A DNA stretch of 64,000 bases from assembly GCA_037447605.1 (NCBI GenBank), contig CM074809.1, positions 4,020,689 through 4,084,688 on the forward strand, in the 5' to 3' direction. The notes beneath the pieces were generated by a model. That model was not told the DNA's origin. It ran no database searches and saw only the letters and a program-made list of their open reading frames with translations. Positions 59,261 to 64,000 of this stretch are shown here, one piece after another (within the stretch, counting starts at the first letter, position 1; every line of letters begins with the position of its first letter). Origin of the DNA: Zygnema circumcarinatum SAG 698-1b (lineage: Eukaryota > Plantae > Zygnematophyceae). The position numbers and the translations under genes are program-made.

Positions 59261-62200
59261 ATGGCGTCCCTTGGAACTCTCTCTATGAAGCTCGCAGATC
59301 CCACCATGCGCACTGCCGCCCTAGGAGAGTCAAGAAGTCGCCGCACGCGTCCTCCAACGGCCACGTGCCAGTCTTCTGCTTCCCTCACTCCACTCACTCC
59401 TTCGACCGCACGAGCCTCTCACTCCGATGCCTCCTGCAACTCTGTACCTTCCGCCTCCGTGTCTGCTTCTGCGGTTGCAGCCGCATCGTTCGCAGGAGCT
59501 TTAGGCTATACTGGAGCTGCAAACGCTTCAGACATTGCAGCGGCAGCGGTAGCGGGATCGGACGGTTCAGCAATCAGTTTGGCAATCGCTGGAGGCGGAG
59601 CTATAGCAGCACTTGCAGCAGCGCTGAGTCTCACTGATCCGGAGAAGAGGTAAATGGCTGCTTTAAAGCTCATTTACCTTTCGCCCAGTTGCTTTTTCGT
59701 GGATAATGAATAAAATGTCTGCATTGTCCATTTCAAGGTTTTTTACTGCTGCTTTTTCTGCTTACTAGTAAGACTAGGCCGTAAAGGATAGTCAACTGTG
59801 TTGGTACTGTAAGGTTTTATGCTTACGTTAAGAAGCTGGCAGCAGCGTGAGCCTTGTGCAGATTTCTGCACAAGGCTTTTGTCCTTCAGATTATGTAACA
59901 AAACGAATGTTTCGGCATTTTGTTGTCTGCCTTGTTTTATTGTCTGTACGTGAACATTGTGGAACTTGAGCATAAGGATAAGTAAAGTAGCGTCGTAGAA
60001 GAAAATTGCCATTCTATTTCTCGAGCTTATCTGACAAATGCAACAAATCCTAACGCTAGCATTTATAAGTGTACGGTGAAAAGAGTGGCTTATTTGCTAA
60101 CTTAAAAACTCCCTTGGAATCACTTTTGGACGTCCGATGTGGCAGACGGCAGAAGCAAGCGGCTGAAGTTGGCGGTGACGAAAAGAGCGCTGTAAGAACA
60201 AGTGTGCATTCCGTATATTTGTACACACTTTTGTTCACATATTTGAACACATGGATGTTTTGGTTTTCTAATATCGCGAAGTGCTGAAGGTGGTTGTGTT
60301 CAGCTCCTCCCTTTTTGTAGATGACTTTGTGAACGTAATCATCCTTACTGGACTGTCACAAGCACTGGGGGCTGATTTTTTTGTATGCTCTTGTATTGAA
60401 GCACGATGACTTGTTCTCTTTATCAGATACTCTATGGTGATTGCTGAAGCTGAATTGTATTTTGGAGGTTACAGGTTCGAACTTACTTCAACACATCTGG
60501 CTTCGAGAGGTGGCGCAAAATCTATGGCGAGACTGATGATGTGAATTCAGTGCAGGTACACCCATAGCATCGTGACATTAACGAATTCTTCCAGCTTTAA
60601 CTTTTTAAGCCAGAAGCAAATCTTGAACCTTTTTTGCTTGTCAGCTCCAGCCCCATTTTTTCCGTACTTTATTAACATCAAGTCGATGCTGTATAACACA
60701 AACGGAATTAGTTTTCATAAATGGACTGAAGATGTTAGACTGTGGTTGGATTTGCAGCTCGACATCAGGCAAGGCCATGCACAGACCGTGGAGAAGGCAA
60801 GTACTTCATGTATCCAATCGTAAGCCAGAAAAATGACATAGATGATACAGTTAATATATTTACGGTGGTTGTTCCTCAAGTAATACCGGGCACTGGGTTA
60901 AAAGGAGATAATATAATGGGCAACTCCAGGGGAAAAGCTGGCTAGACTGGAGTGTAACTTGACAGAGTAATTTCTTTACTTGTTTGATGTGTTTTTTTGA
61001 CGAAAAATTGTGAACCGCCGTATTCTGCCAGCATTGTAGCAATTATTGATTGAAGAAATTTCTGATGGTTTCTTCAGGCTCTGTTGGGCAATTGGGCAAA
61101 GGCAAATATGAGTTATAGAGAGCGATTTTGCTGACAAAGATGGCAGAGAAACGTTGGCTGCATTTCTGCAGGTGCTTACTTGGTTGAAGGCTGATGGTTC
61201 CCTCGAGGGCGTTACAGTCTGTGATGCAGGGTGTGGCACAGGCAGGTAAAGGCAGTTTTTTGCTGTCTGCTTTTTGTTTATATGATTGTCCCACCCTACG
61301 CTTATGCTAAGCTATGTGCGGAATAGCGTTTATACTGCAGTAAACACCAGTTTTTCTGGCTTGTTTCCGAAACCAGACATGATAAAACTCTCATCATACT
61401 GGAAGCAACGATGACTTCGTGCACGTATATGGCCGGTCTAATTTAAACCTGCACCATCGCAATGCGGTTGGAAAGTTAATAACACAATTTAAAAAGCTAC
61501 ATGATCGACCTTCGCAAGGTGAAGGAGCTTCAATGATCCTACTCACATAGTTTCAGGCATGATTTGACTTTTTTAAGCTGTTGTGCATGGTGCAGTTTGT
61601 CTATCCCCCTTGCTCTGGCAGGAGCAGATGTGAGTGCAAGTGACATTTCATCATCCATGGTAAGCAGCAACTTTTGTATTTCCATTCCATGCTCAATTTT
61701 CCTTCTCTGCTAGTGGTCAAATATGTAAAGGCAGCAGAATTTATGACGTAGGTGAAGAACACTCAAGCAGGGTCTTGTATATTGAGTTTGTGAATATCCT
61801 GCTTTTGCCTCCCAATGCGACACGTATTCATCTATGGATTCCATGTATGTGTACGTATGTCTTGGAGCCGCAGGTGGAGGAGGCTGCAAGGAGAGCGGAG
61901 GCAGCTTTGGCGGAAGGAAAGGGAAAGGCACCAAAGTTTGAAGCAAGTGACTTGGAGTCATTGTCAGGGAAATATCATACTGGTACACAGTGATTGCTTC
62001 CCCACACGTCTCTAGACGTTTCCTTTAGCATCTTCGTCTTTCAGGCTTTGGTAGTGATTCAGCAGACTTCAGAGTTTGCTGCATTGCAGAAATTGTTTAG
62101 AGCGCCGTGCAGGTGATAGAGCACTTCGAGGGATAACGGACGTGCTTTGCTAGCTGTATGTTGTTCCTCTAGCTGAGTCTGGACCCTGCTTCTCAATGGC

Positions 62201-63682
62201 AGCGTAGCACGACCGAAATGAGCACAACTGACGTCCAGCTTGCAGCTGATACTCGTGCAAATGTTACTGTGTTCAGAGTACTTAGGCATGATGTATAGTT
62301 GTTGATGCCATGAGAGTTTTGTGGGGTGTGGTATATGCAGTGGCTTGTTTGGATGTGCTCATTCATTATCCCCAGGTAAGAGGCAGAAACATGTTTCTTC
62401 TCGTTTAAGTTCTTCAAAGAAAGTTCTTTTCTGTCTTTAGCAATATCTTTGGCCGGTCCTCTGTATGCTTTGTAAATTTATCATATAAAGAGATTGATTG
62501 ATGCTATGGGGCCTGGGCATATGTACGTGTTGCAGGATAAGGCTGGTGAAATGATTGCCCACCTGGCGTCACTTGGAGACAAGAGACTTATTTTGAGCTT
62601 TGCACCATACACTCCCTATTATGCCGTCTTGAAGGTGAGACCTGATTTTTCCTAAACTTCCAAAGCATGTATCTAGATGCCTACGATCCTGTGTGTTGTT
62701 TATGAACAGGGTATTGTGGAGTGCATTCAGCGAAGGTCTTGAGAAGGGTTCATAGGGGAAAGGATTTCACATCAGAGGCAAGTTTAGAAGCATAAGCAGC
62801 ACAAAAGCCGACAGGTCTGTTTGTTATGAAAGTAAGATGGGACATTCTAGGTTCTTAAAAACGGTTTTTCTAGTGTTTCTGCTGTAAATTGTTTCATCAT
62901 TGTTTGTCATATTGCGCTTGGCAGAGGATTGGAGAGCTCTTCCCCGGGCCATCGAAGGCCACTCGGGCATATCTCCATGCAGAAGACGACGTTGAAGCTG
63001 CCCTGAAGGTGGGAGTCTCATCTCACCTTTACCAGCCTAAACGTGAGGCTAATAGCAGCAGGGCAAAGTTGGTAGGGTAACGGTGACACCGTGTTTGGCT
63101 ATGTTGTATGCGAACCCGCGCTTATATCAGCTCCATCTCATCAAGTTCATCACGGATTCGGATTGATTCTGTTTCGGATTTCGACAATGGAAACCTTAGT
63201 CACATCTACCAACAACTATTACTCTTTAAGCCACTGAACGAACTAAACTATAAGATTTTTTTTCTCGAGTATGCTAATTTTACGTATCAACGATGTTTGG
63301 GCTAGAGTAGTCAATCTTGCTGGGGGAGGCGTTAGGAATTGACGAGCACGTCAAAAGGGACTACTCAGAATGACGGGCAGGTCCTCACATGGCCAACTAG
63401 TTACTGCTCGAGTGGCCATTCCCTGGCGGTGTTCATTCCGTGTGGTTGCAGGGCGCTCCATGATGCCAAATGCCATCTATAGTTGCAGGCATACAAGAGT
63501 CGGCCTTGCAAGCAGTTTGGACCACAAAACGTGTGGAGGTTTCAAACTGCTGAACTTTGTCTGACCAGACTCTGCTTTGAGCACTATTGCAGGCGGCCGG
63601 ATGGCAAGTGACGCGCAGGGAGCTGACAGCGACCAAGTTCTACTTCTCGCGTCTGCTTGAAGCAGTGCCCATCGCCTCTTGA
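59261..63682 (+). CDS. CHLM: Magnesium protoporphyrin IX O-methyltransferase, chloroplast precursor, about 10 exons
   Basis: A Ser/Ala/Arg-rich transit peptide is followed by AALSLTDPEKR|RQKQAAEVGGDEKSA|VRTYFNTSGFERWRKIYGETDDVNSVQ|LDIRQGHAQTVEK|..VTVCDAGCGTGS|LSIPLA..SASDISSSM|..FEASDLESLSGKYHTV|ACLDVLIHYPQ|..LILSFAP..|RIGELFPGPSKATRAYLH|..FYFSRLLEAVPIAS*. Confidence 0.97.
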
Positions 63683-64000
63683 AGGTGGTCGAATGCGCAT
63701 CTCAATAATTCGACATTTTGGCACAAAAGCGACCACTGACTTCAACCAATTCACCAACCACTTGACGATCTGACCTGACTTTGAACAATTAATCTTTCAT
63801 CTTCTCTGGTTTAGTATTTTATCGTCTACGCCAGCTCGTCCTGACTGGGCTGCTGATTTGAAAGCCTTCACGATGACGAGGGGGATTCATCGTCATTTTA
63901 GTGAATTCCCTTCTTTTTTCCAATTGCATGTATGGAATTGGCTACAAATTGCTACTGAAACTTGCAATTTACTGTATGTCCACTGATCTTTCCACCCGCA

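Noticed and set aside
1-64000. tRNA, rRNA or snoRNA genes
   Set aside because: I found no cloverleaf with properly spaced A/B boxes. The GGTTCGA hits (27694, 60475) are inside coding exons, and C/D-like words such as about 25163-25224 lack convincing stems or guide evidence.

Overview
This is eukaryotic, intron-rich nuclear DNA of green-plant (streptophyte) type. The gene set and the (CT)n/(CCCT)n-laden introns suggest a charophyte alga or a non-vascular plant, but the species cannot be fixed from the sequence alone. I rebuilt 11 spliced protein-coding genes by hand from GT-AG junctions. In order they are: a tail-to-tail pair of clade-II serine carboxypeptidase-like genes (+/-), a conserved probably plastid-targeted protein of unknown function (-), a BSD-domain protein (-), an unassigned coiled-coil protein (-), a BAH/TFIIS-M/Zn-ribbon protein with a 1-nt frameshift in a (GAG)n tract (+), an F-box/MYND protein (-), a SUN-domain protein (-), a full-size ABCG/PDR transporter (-), MSH7 (+) and CHLM (+). 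The intergenic DNA holds a clean 191-bp pogo/Tc1-type MITE surrounded by footprint-like TACAGTA/TACTGTA words, a second inverted-repeat element, a probable hAT end at the window edge, a two-copy dispersed repeat, and dense MSA, GTAC and G-box motif clusters. I found no tRNA, rRNA, CRISPR array or autonomous transposase, and no convincing new multi-gene system. The best leads are small-scale: a dead duplicate exon, a tandem array of splice donors, the microsatellite frameshift, and the MITE hotspot. All family assignments rest on motif recognition from memory, not database searches.
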